In this document: piece after piece, positions 34,310 to 49,051 of the stretch
Layout of the letters: each line of letters starts with the position of its first letter
Position numbering within the stretch: the stretch's first letter is position 1
Assembly: GCA_001179505.1 (NCBI GenBank)
Contig: CDMY01000323.1
Location: 57,076 to 121,075 of the forward strand
Source of the DNA: Vitrella brassicaformis CCMP3155
Lineage: Eukaryota; Protista; Chromerida
Direction of reading: 5' to 3'
DNA: 64,000 nt
Position numbers and translations under genes: made by a program
The notes under the pieces: model-generated
Told to the model about the DNA's origin: nothing
Database searches by the model: none
What the model saw: the letters and a program-made list of their open reading frames with translations, nothing else

Positions 34310-34558
34310 ATGGCGTGGACGACACAGACCCAGTTGCCCTTCTTCGTCCTGATTTTGGGTGGTCACGCCGTAGTGGTGCATCCGCTGTATCACAGCAAGG
34401 ATATCGACCGCAACAGCAATGAGCCCTTCCCGCACAGCAAGTGGATGGAGAAGGTCAACGAAATCATCGAGGCCGCCGTGCGAAAGGTGCCTCGCGAGAC
34501 CGATGCGGAGGGCGGGAGCAGCAGCAGCAGCAGCAGCAAAAAAAGCAACCCAATGTAA
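34310..34558 (+). CDS. Short ORF or gene fragment
   Basis: High-GC3 stretch HPLYHSKDIDRNSNEPFPHSKWMEKVNEIIEAAVRKVP. No family recognised. Confidence 0.3.
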   Translation: MAWTTQTQLPFFVLILGGHAVVVHPLYHSKDIDRNSNEPFPHSKWMEKVNEIIEAAVRKVPRETDAEGGSSSSSSSKKSNPM

Positions 34559-35332
34559 ACCTCAACAAGCAGACCACAATTGTGCCATCCACGGGAGTAA
34601 GAATGAGGTAAACAAGGTGAGATCGTGTCGGTGCAATGCGTGTCACTCCTGTGGGAAGGCAGTGTGCAAGGTTAGTGCTGGGATTAAGGGTTTGTCAGGC
34701 CAAGAGTTAACACAGCTGGCCGGCCGCAGGCAATACCAAGCAGGATTGAACCTATTTTAAATACAATACAGGAACCACATGGCTTCATTCATTTGATTGC
34801 CAGTCATGCGTCAAATCGACAATTGAATCAATCAATATTAATATACACATGACATATACTATCTATTGTATATACAGTGATTTGTATCTTGTTACGAAAG
34901 TGTCATGGTGCGGATGTCCTCTCTCTGGTAACGGTCAAACGCACACGCGAAGCATACCAGCCATCCATGCGCGCAGCCAAACACACCAGACAACCAACTG
35001 ATCTCAGCCAACCGAGAGAGAGAGAGAGAGGTAGCCAGCCACACACATGCTTTCGTGCCGTCCGCTCTGAGTGAGAGTCCCGTGTTCCCCTGACTGATGT
35101 GCGGGTCAAATGCATGTGCTGCCTGCCTCAGTATGTGATCGGCGAGGGGACGGACCTTGTGGCGGATACGTAGGCACACACTGGGAGGCTAGAGGGACAA
35201 CACAGACGGACAGACAGGCAGATCTCAAGCAGATATGCGTGCATGTAATCCCAGTGAGACATGACCCCAAAAGCATCCCAAAGCATGCATCCGGCCAGTC
35301 GGGAAGAGAGGAGAGGAGTAGGTCAGCACAGG

Positions 35333-35632
35333 NNNNNNNNNNNNNNNNNNNNNNNNNNNNNNNNNNNNNNNNNNNNNNNNNNNNNNNNNNNNNNNNNNNN
35401 NNNNNNNNNNNNNNNNNNNNNNNNNNNNNNNNNNNNNNNNNNNNNNNNNNNNNNNNNNNNNNNNNNNNNNNNNNNNNNNNNNNNNNNNNNNNNNNNNNNN
35501 NNNNNNNNNNNNNNNNNNNNNNNNNNNNNNNNNNNNNNNNNNNNNNNNNNNNNNNNNNNNNNNNNNNNNNNNNNNNNNNNNNNNNNNNNNNNNNNNNNNN
35601 NNNNNNNNNNNNNNNNNNNNNNNNNNNNNNNN
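35333..35632. other. Assembly gap (300 N)
   Basis: Run of N. Confidence 1.
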
Positions 35633-37032
35633 CCCTGCCGAAGGGAATGTGGTCGGAAGGACCAAAGGATCGTGCCGAAGCAACAGATCTCAAGAGAATG
35701 ACTCAAGTCATATCGGAAGCGAACGATAACGAATCATGAAACGCAACGGGCACTAACTCGTTTGGCCAACTTCTGCTATCTCCCGTCTTACGCCCCCAGG
35801 CCCACGCATGCATGCACTGCAGGCTTATCTAGCGCTCTTATTCATCAGCAGCCCTCTATCTTCCCTGGCTGCCTCCCCTGTGCCCATCTACGGCTTGTCG
35901 TCCTGCCTGCCTACACACGGCTACCATCCTTCAGCCTGTCATCCATCAGCATCAGCTCCATCCATCCATCCATTCATCCAGGGCTGCATCCTCTCCATCA
36001 GCACACGGTCCACGGCATCCAATCCATCCGTCCATCACATCCAGACACATGCGTCCACACTTCCAGTCATCTGAGCCGAGCGCCTTCAGCAGGGCCACAG
36101 ACAGGGGCGAAGGGCATCGTGAGCGCAACAGGCGCCACGGCGCCCGAGAGCAGTGGAAACATGACGACCAACAGAGAGAAGATAAAGACACTGCAGACAG
36201 ACAGACACCACACCAGAGCAGCCACCAGTGGCCAGCTGTATGTGTCCTTTCTCTGTGTGTTGTGCCCACGGTTGGCCTCACCTCGGCCCTCCCATTGCTT
36301 GCATGATGTAGCATCCACTCCACTCCCGCTCCCGCTCACAGACCGATAAAGGATAAAGGCAAAACCTAAGAATAAAGGACGCTGCGCGTGGTGTGGTGAG
36401 GTCCGACTAAAGAAGCCGGCTGCACAACGACACCTGCAGCAAAAAACCTGACAGACAGACGGATGCAGACAGATCAGTCATGCGCATGCGAGTCGATGGG
36501 TGGATCTGCTTGCAGAACTCCATGTTTCTCCTCGTACCTATCGATGCGGCCCCGCCTTCATCAAAAATGCAGCGGAAACGAGCGGGGGAACAACCAAGGT
36601 GCGAGCTTGGCTGCAAGGAGGGGTGCCAGATCTTTGTCATCTCCCTGCACGCATTGCTCGCGAGAAGTGCTTTATTCGTGATCGTTAGCAGCGAAATAAG
36701 TCGACACATCCATCCATCCACCCGCCCGCCCACCCGCCCGCCCGCCCATGTAAGTACGAGGAGAGGTAGGAAGACGCGTCAGCAATAGATGCATTCAGTC
36801 AGTCCGACAGGCAGGCAAACAGGCAATTGGTGAAAAAGAGATGCAGTCACTACACACAAGAGTACCCCACAGTCGAGCCGGTCATTCATGCTGTCTGACA
36901 TCCCATTATTCAGACGACATCCACCCCAACCCCCCACACACCCTGCAATCCATCCCGGGAAAAATCACTCGTATGTGCGTATTGGCACAGGGTAGTGCAC
37001 ACATACGATCAGCTGCGGTTGTGGGCGGCTGC

Positions 37033-38124
37033 TCATTCTGGCACGCCTTCTTCGTGGTACTCAGAGTTGAATCGTGATGCGTGTGTGAAGACCATCCACA
37101 GCCGCTGCAGGGCCGCCACCACCTCCTCGGCAAAGGCGTCCTCACCCTCACCCAACCACTGCACGCGGCCACCCTTGGCGACGAACATCGCGTACCTGAG
37201 GGAATCAATCAATCAAGCGCCGGTTGGGTTGTCGGCCTGTGTGCGTGGATTGGACGTTGTGTACCTGTCGGATCGGATGCCCATGAAGCCGCCCGTGCAG
37301 TCCTTCTCCATGCCTATTGCCTGCAGGCACCGACCAAGCAACGCACATGCATATATCATGCGGCTGACTGGCTCTTTCTCTCTCTCTCCCCTTTCTCACC
37401 CTCGTGAGCTCCCCATTGCCGTCAGAGATGAAGACGATCTTGTCAATCGCACCCGTCTGCCTGGCCCATGCTGCACAAACAGATACACATGACGGGCAGA
37501 ACACAAAGATACATACATACATGCATACATACAGAAGGGCGGCGGCCCACTACCTTTGAGAACGAAGGGGTCATTGACGGCCAGGCAGCCCACGAAGTCG
37601 ACCTTTTGCATGATCTTCTTGAGGTTGGTCGTGTCCAGGAAACCTGCACGTGGGAGCGCACACGACAGGCACACACACACAGTGACTCACAAGCCTCATT
37701 CACTGGGCGTCCATGTCCGCAGAGCTCACCTGGGAGATGCTTGTCGGTGCACGTTGGCGTGAATGCACCTGATAAATGGCACAGCAGAGGAACACAACAC
37801 ACACAACACACACACACAGCACAAAATGAGATCCGCTCGCTCACATCGAGTCCATCTCTGCTGTTCTCACTAACCTGGGACGGCGAATATGATGCCGGTC
37901 CTCTCCTTGAAGATCTCCCTGACCGTCATGGGCTTCCCATTCACCGACAGAGTGATGTCCTGCGGCAGGTACTGATTCGTGAGGATCTTCATCTCACACA
38001 GAGGTTGCCGCCTCGCACGCGACCGGATGGCGAGGGACTGCAGAGGGCTGGAGGGGGCGAAGCCGAGCGAGGTGCTGGCCATGCAGAGGCACGTGAGGCT
38101 GTACCAAATGAGCCACCGCTTCAT
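37033..38124 (-). CDS. Type II (PRX5/AOP-like) peroxiredoxin, probably plastid-targeted
   Basis: FAVPG|AFTPTCTDKHLPG, CLAVNDPFV, FISDGNGELTR, R|YAMFV. Leader MKRWLIWYSLTCLCMASTSLG-FAPSS followed by an Arg/Ser-rich transit-like stretch. Confidence 0.9.
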
Positions 38125-38623
38125 TGTGCAGACCACAGGCAGATGGATGTATAGATCGGGTGGAGGTGGTGGTTAAGGGTAAGATTTAGGTGGAGGTGGG
38201 CTGGGTGGGCCTCCAGGCCAGTAAGATGCGGCCCTGAGATGAGAGGTGTTGTCCGGGGGAGATGCGAGCTAGACAGCGAGCTTGAAACTTGGCCGTGTGT
38301 TGGCCAGCTTTCAGTCATATAGGCCAGTCCAGACGGTTTTATTCATCTGCACGGTGTCGGTTCGGTTCCTGTACTTGCAGTACTCACTTCAACTCGCCAG
38401 TGGTCTCGCCTTCACTTCACTCAACAGACAGACAGACAGATAGACACTCACTCACTCGCGGCAGCCAAAGGAAAAAGACGGACATCTGGATGGAATGGGT
38501 GCGTTGATTGATCAACCAAAACTCTCTCGAGCAAGGGAAGGAAGGGAGGGGAACACACCGTGCATTCATCCATGCCGGCATTCACGATCTGGCCTTCGCC
38601 TTCGCCTTCGCTCATCCATTCAT

Positions 38624-40483
<1,860 letters not shown>

Positions 40484-40792
40484 TGTGGGTGTGGGTCTGA
40501 GTGGCTGTCACGGAGGGGGCGACAAGGGAACAGACAAAGGGACACAGAACCGATCAACAACAAACACTGCGTTGACAAACAACGAAAAGAGCTGCCAGTT
40601 GAGGGAGCGTTGCGGGGAATGGGTGGTGGGCCCGGGGGCCTCAGGCTCGCCTGTGGGGGCGTCTGCCGGTTGGCGTCTCGCCCTCGGCTGGACCTTTAGG
40701 ACAGCAGCAAGGTCGCTCTTCTTGGTACGCAACACAGAGAAAAGCACCACATGCGTTTTGCAATGAGGCTCCCGTTCAGGACGGACACCTCA

Positions 40793-43677
40793 ATGCAGTC
40801 CTTCTTGAGCTTAGCCATCTGTCTGGCCTTGGCGGGCCAAGGGAGCGCCCGGCTCTTCCAGTGGGCGGCCAACACGACCGGCGCCATGTGCAAGTCTGAC
40901 AAGGAGTGCGAGGAGGAGGGCATTGCCTTCCCGGATTGCTGTTGCGTGTTTGAGGAGGGAGAGAAGGTCGAGCGGAGCTGCCAGCCGCGGGCAACGCTCC
41001 CCAAAGACAAGGGCAAATGCGCCCGTGGGCCCAAGGCGAGTTGGAAGGTCGGCCGGCCACAATGCGTGGCACACGAGAGACATGCGCAATCCATCCACTG
41101 CAGCCGCCTCCCTCTCTGTTTGTGTGTGGAAGGGCTGGTGTCTCGGGGAGGCGCCCGGTGACATAGAACGAGCCGAAGCGGCGGAAGCTCTAAAAAGGAA
41201 AGCAGAGGAGGAAATGAGAAAGAAGGAGGAGGCGGCAAAGGGTCGTGTCGATTGACTGGTCCGAATGGGGCAAGTGCCACAATCCGAACGTGGCAAACCC
41301 GGAACCATGCTCCAACGGTACAAGAATACCATTTGCGGCCGCTTAGCTTTCCCCTGCTTGTCTGCCTGTTTGCCTGCAATGGATTCAGGCATCCAGGTCC
41401 GCACCCGTGGGATCAAGGTGGAGCCCAAGAACGGCGGCAGAAAGTGCCCCACGGAGCGTGGGGAGGTGCATAGGTGCAAGATACAGCCATGCCCACCACC
41501 AACACCAACACCTGCACCTGCACCGCCCGTCACTCCAGACAAGGACTGTGTGCTCAAGGACTGGACAGATTGGGTGAGCGCCGGAGAGTGACCATGAAAC
41601 TCCCACACTCCCCTTCTGTGCGTGTGTGTGTCTGTCTGCCTGCCTAGGGCGAGTGCACCCGTGTGTGCGGCGGGGGCGTCCGATTCCGATATCGGGGAGT
41701 CGCCGAACCAGCCACAGGCAAAGGTGCGCAGAGAGGCAGACACAAGGACCCCCACAAACCAAACCAACCATCGAATGAATGGATGGCTGCAGGCAAGTGT
41801 CCCAGCAAGGATTCCGAGTACCGGCTAACCTTCTCGGAGTGCAATACGCACCCTTGCCCCCTGGCCCTCAAGTGCCGCGATCGGAAGAACTTCATCTTCG
41901 CCATACCCTCGTCGGTCGGCGAAACGGACTTTGGCATGCTCAGGAGCTTCGTCAGCCAACTCATCGGCCGCATCGACACCCACAAGGACCTCTTGTCGCT
42001 CGTTGGTGAGAATGCACCACACGCAGCCGACACCGACACACACACAAGCCAGCTTTTTGCGGTTTTGCGGGCCGTGTCTCTCAGGTGCGCTGGTGTACTA
42101 TGACGAGAACAGGGCTCCCGTCATCTTGTCTGACCTCACAGCCGACGCCAAGGCAGTGCAGCAGGCGGTGCTTGGTGCCAAGAACCTGCACCACCCTGCA
42201 GACACCTCAGTGTGGCAGCCGCTGCTGTCGGCAGCAATGATGGCCGACAAGGCCCGCGTGGACGCCGACAATGTTGTCGTCATTCTCATCGACGGCGAAG
42301 AGGAAGAGTGAGTGAAGTCGACCGACCATGAGAAGGATGCGGCCCTTGCGTGGCTCGTGGATGTGCGGATGCGTGTATGTGTGTGTCAGTTTGGAGGAAG
42401 CGTACGAGATGGCCAACTACTTCAAGTACGACCTGCAGGGCGGCCGCAAAGGGGAGATCTTCTTCGTCGCCACCGGCACACGAGTCGACCTGAGCGACCT
42501 GCGCGAATACGCCAGGTGACCACAAGCAGTAAACCAACCAGACTCCCATTCACTGCCTTTCTGTGTTGCTCTACGTCTGGTCTCCAGCTTTCTGGAGTCT
42601 CAGCACATCACCTGGGTGGAGTCGGTCGACCAGCTGCTGGCCGGTCGGCTCAGCAGCGTCCTTGCCGCCACCTGCCCCAAGGCCGTCTCGGACGTACCCA
42701 AACCCAAAGTACACGCCGCCGCCACACCCGCACCCGCAGCAAAGAAGGTCATCCCAGCAGCCCCTACCCCTGCTGCCGAGAAACAGAAGCAAGAAGTCCG
42801 CCCACCGCCCATCCTTGAGGAGGGGGAGAGGCACGTGACGGCGAACATGTTCGAGACACGCGACATCAGGGTGGAGCGGTGGGCCGCGGTGCCCCAGGAG
42901 AGGAAGGCCCCGCTGCAGGCCATGTTCGGGCTGGCGGCCTACCCCCAGTGCTGTGTGTGCTTCCGCAAGGCCAGGGACGAGGCCAAGCTGGAGGACCGCA
43001 TCTGCGTCAAGGCGCCCGAGATGGTCCCCCTGTGGCCATTGAGGCCTGTGAGGAAGTTCGGTGCGGCAGACTGCGCCAGGGTCTGCAACTTGGTCCTTGC
43101 GCCAGGGTCTGAGTTTGAGATGGATCGGTCGCTCTTTTACTCGAGCGAGCAGGGGAAGCTCGGCACCAATGCCTGGAAGAAGGACTTCATGAACCGATGC
43201 GAAGTGGGTTTAGTCGGCACGAGACATGAGACATGAGACACGACAAATGCATTAATGGGTCATGTTTGTCTGTCTCTTTCCTTGTGTTGGTTTGGGTGTG
43301 CAGACGGCGCAGCGCTGTGGGGTGTCCGAGCTGTATGACAAGGGCCGGTCGATGCCCAAGGCCAAGGACGGCAAGCCCTGCACCGACCCCGTCACCTGCC
43401 CCATCTGCCAGCAAAAAGAGTGGTTCTGCAACAAGGTGCGTCAGCCAACACCCCACCCGCCACCGCCACCACGGACACCTCTCTCTCTCTCTCTCTCTTT
43501 GTCTGTGTGTGTGTGGTTCAGGCGACAGAGAAAGATTTGGGTGCCGATTCGCCCCTGCCTGCGGAGGCGAGGGTGGGCGAGATCATGGCGTACAGGAAGC
43601 ACATCGACCCCGACTCCCTCTGGGCGCTCACCAAGTACGCCACGCAAGACACCAACACGGAGAAGGAGAACAAATGA
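40793..43677 (+). CDS. Secreted adhesin-like protein: Cys-rich N-terminus, two TSP1 repeats, vWA domain, Pro/Ala linker, Cys-rich C-terminus; apparent frameshift near 41250
   Basis: Signal MQSFLSLAICLALAG. TSP1 DWSEWGKC...GIQVRTR...C and DCVLKDWTDW|GECTRVCGGGVRFRYR...CNTHPCP. vWA FIFAIPSSVGETDFGMLRSFV, GALVYY, NVVVILIDG. Confidence 0.8.
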
Positions 43678-44354
43678 CGGGACGGATGGACGGCTGGATG
43701 GAATCAATGCGAGCATTGATGTGCATTGTACGCGGGTGTCCGTGCATGTATGGTGGTTTAGTCTGTCTCTCGATTCATTGATCCATCTGGACACACCGAA
43801 TGGACGTGACACGCGCGCAGACAGACAGAGTGCATTATGTGTGTGTCGGTCCGTTGGCTAAGTGAGCCCCCACCCCCCCTCCGCACACACACACACACAC
43901 ACATACATACACATGAACACGCGACCCACCCCAGCCCATGATCAAATAAGCTGAGCTGCCGCTGTACACCACACACAAGGAAGGCTACCTACACAATGAT
44001 GCAACAATAATGCTACCGACAACCTCTGGCTGCGTGAGTGATTCGGCCCCTCCAAAGCGGCCTTGGGAAGACGGCTGAGTGGCTGGCTAACAGGTGGCTA
44101 CACGTGTGTGTGTGTGAGTGAGTGAAGAGTGATCGATGTGAGGCGAATGGGTAGAAAGATGGAAGAGGAATGAAGGCCGGAAGGATAAGGGCAGCATGCC
44201 ATGCCATCAGTGTCGCCTCTCTCTGTCCGAGCAGATCGAGGCTACGCGCGTGGCATTCCCCAGCTACTCCTTCCTCCCTCCCTCCTTGTCTTCATTTCGT
44301 TGGACGGGCCTTCGTTCCGCAGATCACACAACAAAGACATCACAACCACTCCCC

Positions 44355-44654
44355 NNNNNNNNNNNNNNNNNNNNNNNNNNNNNNNNNNNNNNNNNNNNNN
44401 NNNNNNNNNNNNNNNNNNNNNNNNNNNNNNNNNNNNNNNNNNNNNNNNNNNNNNNNNNNNNNNNNNNNNNNNNNNNNNNNNNNNNNNNNNNNNNNNNNNN
44501 NNNNNNNNNNNNNNNNNNNNNNNNNNNNNNNNNNNNNNNNNNNNNNNNNNNNNNNNNNNNNNNNNNNNNNNNNNNNNNNNNNNNNNNNNNNNNNNNNNNN
44601 NNNNNNNNNNNNNNNNNNNNNNNNNNNNNNNNNNNNNNNNNNNNNNNNNNNNNN
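44355..44654. other. Assembly gap (300 N)
   Basis: Run of N. Confidence 1.
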
Positions 44655-44789
44655 CCCCCCCCCTCTCTGTCGACACATGAGGAAGGAAGCAAGCCACCGG
44701 CAAGCTACACCAAACCCATTTCTCTGTCTGTCTGTGTGTCTGGGTGTCTGGATGGATGGATGGATGGGTGTGTGCAGACGTGTGACTGT

Positions 44790-47406
44790 CTACGACGTCC
44801 CACGCGGCCCGCGGCCTGTGGTGGGTAACTTGGCAGCGGCAGCGGCAGCGGCAGCGGCAGCGACAGCGCCATGGTGGTCGGTCCTTCTGGCATGGCCATG
44901 GCGTGTGTGTGGGTGTGGGTGCGGGTGGAAGTGCTCCCAGAGGGCGAGGCAGTCCTCCAGCACCACACACCCCAATATCACTAACGACGCATCCACACCC
45001 GGACCGATACGCACCTGATACACAACATGCGCAGACAGACACGGACACACAGTGGGGCCATAGGTGTATCTATGTGTGTGGATGGATGGATGGATGGCTT
45101 GATGCGTACGAGGTAGTGTGTGAGGTCGATATCGTCGCTACGGGCGCTGGCGGCCGGGGGGCTGAAGGTGGCCGGCTCACGCTGCCGCTGCAGGGGCGAA
45201 CGACTCGTGTGCGCCTGAGTGAGTGAGTCATCGACACACACACACACACACATGCACACACACAGAGAACCGTTGTGGCATTTCGTGTCATACTGTGTCC
45301 ATGACTCACCAGGACGCGCCGCTGATGGGGGCTGAGCACGCGAATCGTTTGCCTGTCCAATAGATAGACAGATCCATCACACACACACACACACACACCC
45401 CACAAAGCCAACACGACAAATGCAATGCTACCCTAATCTGCTCTGCCTGCCTGACCTCTGTCTGTCCATGACAAACGTCAACACGGTCTCCTTGGTGACA
45501 CCCTCATCCTCCACCGCCCCCTCAGCACCACCACCACCAGCCGTAGGCTCCTCAGCGGCCGTCCACACATACACAGTGCACCGCTGAGACGGACCGTCAA
45601 CCTGACGACACACACACATGCACACGCGCACACCAGGCTGTCTGTTCCGGTGACGATGCACATCACCTACCTCAGCGGTGCCGTATAGATTGCCCCTGCC
45701 ATCGAGTATCTTGAGCGGCGGGATGGACGTGGGCGGCTGGGGGTGCAGCCGAGGGGCGAAGGGGGACGGCGGCACGGGCATCAGCGCACCGCTCTCCGTG
45801 CTGTAGTCCAGCGGAACAGCCATCGGGGGCGGAGGAGGGGAAGTTCCACCTGCTGCGGCTCCAGCTGCTGGCAGCTGCACCTCCGCCAACCGCTGACCTG
45901 CAATACATACACACAGACAGAGAGAGAGAGAAAGAGAGGCTCCCATCTCGCCCACACAAACACCACGCACCCCTCCCCGTCTCTATCTCTGACCTGTTTC
46001 CACCGCAACCACCGTCAGCTTGGTCTCCTCAACGCCGTTGCGCGGCTCGAAGGCGTCAATCTGCCCCATGACCTTGACGATCTCCTTTCGGTGGCGGTCG
46101 ACGATGGTCCGACAGGACGGGCCGGGGGCGGCGGCGGTTGGGGGGGAGGGGACACGCTGGCCGTGTGCTGGAAGGACCCTCTGTGGTGGGATGAGGGGTG
46201 AGGTGGGTATCTGCAGGATCAGCTCGTTGCCCGAGGGGATCACCATCTCGTAGCACAGATACTGCAAACAACGTACAGAAGGAAGGAGAGAGAGAGAGGT
46301 GGTGGTGGTGGGGCGTGACGGTTGTGTGGCTGACCTGGTCCTCATTCATGCCGTCCTCCCCTTCGTTGACGGACGTCTGGCTGCCGCTGCTCCGCCCACT
46401 CCGTGTGGGCCGCTGACGAAGGGTCTCCTCCAGCTGCTCCAGGCTGCCCCTGGTGCCACCACGACCATCCCTCCCCTGCCGCTGCACCATGACCATCCTG
46501 TCGTCCTCGTCAGAGTCGCGCGACAAGCGGTCCTCCTCGTCGAACTGGTCGCTCTCGTCGTCGAGCATGAAGTGGCGCCGCTCGTGCCGCTCCTTGAGGT
46601 ACTCAAAGATGATGTAAAACACTATCACCAGCGCGAAGATGACGAACAAGACGATCGTCGAGAGGGCGAGGGCCCCGCGGAAGGCTGCGTCGGAGGAAGA
46701 GGGCACAGCTGGGAACAGACAGACAGACAGACAGACAGAGAGAGTAGGGGGAGGTGTGTTCGAGCATTGCCCATGTTGCCCGGTGCCCACTGATCTCTGT
46801 CTTGGTGTCGTTGTCGGCCTTCCCGGCCTGTTGTTGGCTAGCATCGCGCTGCTGTGTGGCGCCCCATCCGAGTGCGGCGCCGAGGTCCTTGAGCGACTTG
46901 GCCACGGGGTCGAGCCCATGCATCCCCCTCTCGGCCATCCGCTTCATCCAGCCACCCTCACCACCCTCTTTCTCCTTGTCCTTGTGCTCTCCCTTGCTGG
47001 TGTCATTGGCAGCTGCCGTCGGTGCTGCCGTTGTGATGATGGCAGTTGTGTTCTGAGGGGCAGACGAAGTGGATGGGGAGGGGGTAGGTGTGGTTGTCTC
47101 GTTGACCGTCAGGGTGGCACGGGACAGGGCAGCATGGGCGACAGGGGGCGATGGGGATATGGCCGTTGGAGGCGCGTTCGTGGGATCCAGCTGATGATCT
47201 ACTGGCCCTGACGTAACTGTGTTGCTATGCCGCTGAGAGGTGTTGTGGCTCTCATGCGCTGCGATGAAAGACGTGAAGGGCAGCGAAGGCACCCTGCCCG
47301 GCTCTACGAGGGGGAGAGCGTGGGTGTGGCTGCCGTGGTGATGATAGCGATAGGACGATACCAGAGGGACACAGGCCACCGACACCAGAAGCATCAGCAG
47401 CAACAT
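44790..47406 (-). CDS. Type I membrane protein with a mucin-like ectodomain and a possible LURP-one/Tubby-C-like cytoplasmic domain
   Basis: Signal MLLLMLLVSVACVPLVSS, Thr/Pro-rich stalk, TM LALSTIVLFVIFALVIVFYIIF, and C-terminal VRIGPGVDASLVILGCVVLE. Confidence 0.65.
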
Positions 47407-49051
47407 GGGATGAACCTCTCCAGTACGGTGTCAGTCTGTCGGTCAGGACGGCCGTGGCGGCAGATGATAGATAAGAGGGAGCGTTGAGGGCTGATGGTGA
47501 TGCCAGACAGGTGAGCCACGGCCGCCTTGACGTCTTGAAGGCGATACACAGGGTCGTTGAGGAGCGTTGATGGATTGCAGGGAGGTAAGAGGGACGCGGG
47601 CCTTGGTGTTTGGTGTTTATGAGCTCATCGGCACAGCAGAGGCCGCAAAGGCGTCCAGGCTATCAGGTGCCCATCCTCGATGGCTGAGATCTGACGTGCG
47701 GGGCGGAAGTGGCTGACAGCTCAAAAGATGGACGAAATTCCTCGCCGTTTCTTCATGAGGTCAAACAAGAGGCTCTGCTGGTCAACCAGAGTGGCGCCAT
47801 CTCCTCCTTACGCGGGGGTCACTGCTTCCCGAGTTAAGGTTAGCGTGAAACACTCCTGTAGCTCGCATTCCTCCTCCAGGGAGAGCGACGATGGTTGTAG
47901 AACACATTGTTCTGTAAGCGATTGTGACCTCAGATGAGCGTGGAGCACCTGGATCGGATCTATGATTTTCGTGCTCTATCAGGTTCAAGTGGAAGGCTGA
48001 TGCCCCGGCAGATCTGAAGGCGTCGTTTGCGGCCGACGTGCTGGCGCTGCGGAAATCGATGGCTTTTATTGTAGAGGCCAAGGCGGGAGAAACATTCACG
48101 AAAGGTCAACGGCAGCATGCTAGAAAGAGATGCAGGCAGCAACGGGCAGTCAGGCCGGCCGGCGCCCAGACATCTGTGGGCGTGTGTGTGTGTGTTTGGC
48201 TGTATGCAGAGAGAAACCAGGGCTATGACCACGTGATAATCATCACCCTGCCCGACAGAGAGCACCTCCCAAAATACGCTACACACGAGAGCCACGTCAG
48301 GCCTTTTGACACATACTGGAGGGGCGAAATGATCCGTTTGTTGATATGGTGTATATGTTTGTGTAGGTTGCGTTGCTGGACAAGTACAACCCACACCTGG
48401 AGGGCAAGCTGGCCATGGACATCGAGCGGTGATGATACATACCAAAGGCCTGCCTGGCTGGTCGAGAGAGAGAGAGAGAGAGAGAGAGGCGTGAGTGTGT
48501 GTGGCTCGGCGTGGCTGCTGTTCGCATGAGTGTCTTCTAAGCTCTTTCGGACACATGTCTGATGGACCTGACTGTCACGATGTACGTACGCTTTATCATA
48601 TCATTGATTGCATCAAACAACCGTCGGTGTCGATGGATCAGCATCCAGCCGTGTTGTGTGTCGGTCTTCCAATTCACTTGCAAGGCCTGCCTTCCATTCA
48701 CCCACCTGTTGGTCGGAGCGGCTGCTCTGTGTGTGTGTGTCGCACGCATTAACGAATGACACGTTGTTCAGAAGCCAAGAAACCAAATGTCCGTCCGTCC
48801 ACTCTGGCCAGTCAGTCACTTCCCGTCTCACGGGAACTCACACACACGGGGACGCCTCCATCCGTCCGTCCGTCCGTCCGTCCGTCCGTCCAAGCTAGCC
48901 TGCCTATCTCATTGATTGCATCCCTGCCTGCATGTGATGTAGGTCTTTTCGACTGACTGACTGACTCGCCTGCCAGCCAACAGCATGCCATGCACACACA
49001 GACACATGGCATGGATGGATGCAATCAAGGAAGGCCCTCCTGCTAAGCCAA

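Noticed and set aside
35106-35739. Long ORFs spanning the first N gap (likewise 44170-45048)
   Set aside because: Artefacts of translating N runs.
35760-36340. Possible small minus-strand membrane protein
   Set aside because: No coherent exon model, and it is adjacent to a gap.
47500-48420. Coding-looking minus-strand sequence
   Set aside because: Stops in all frames and no recognisable motif.
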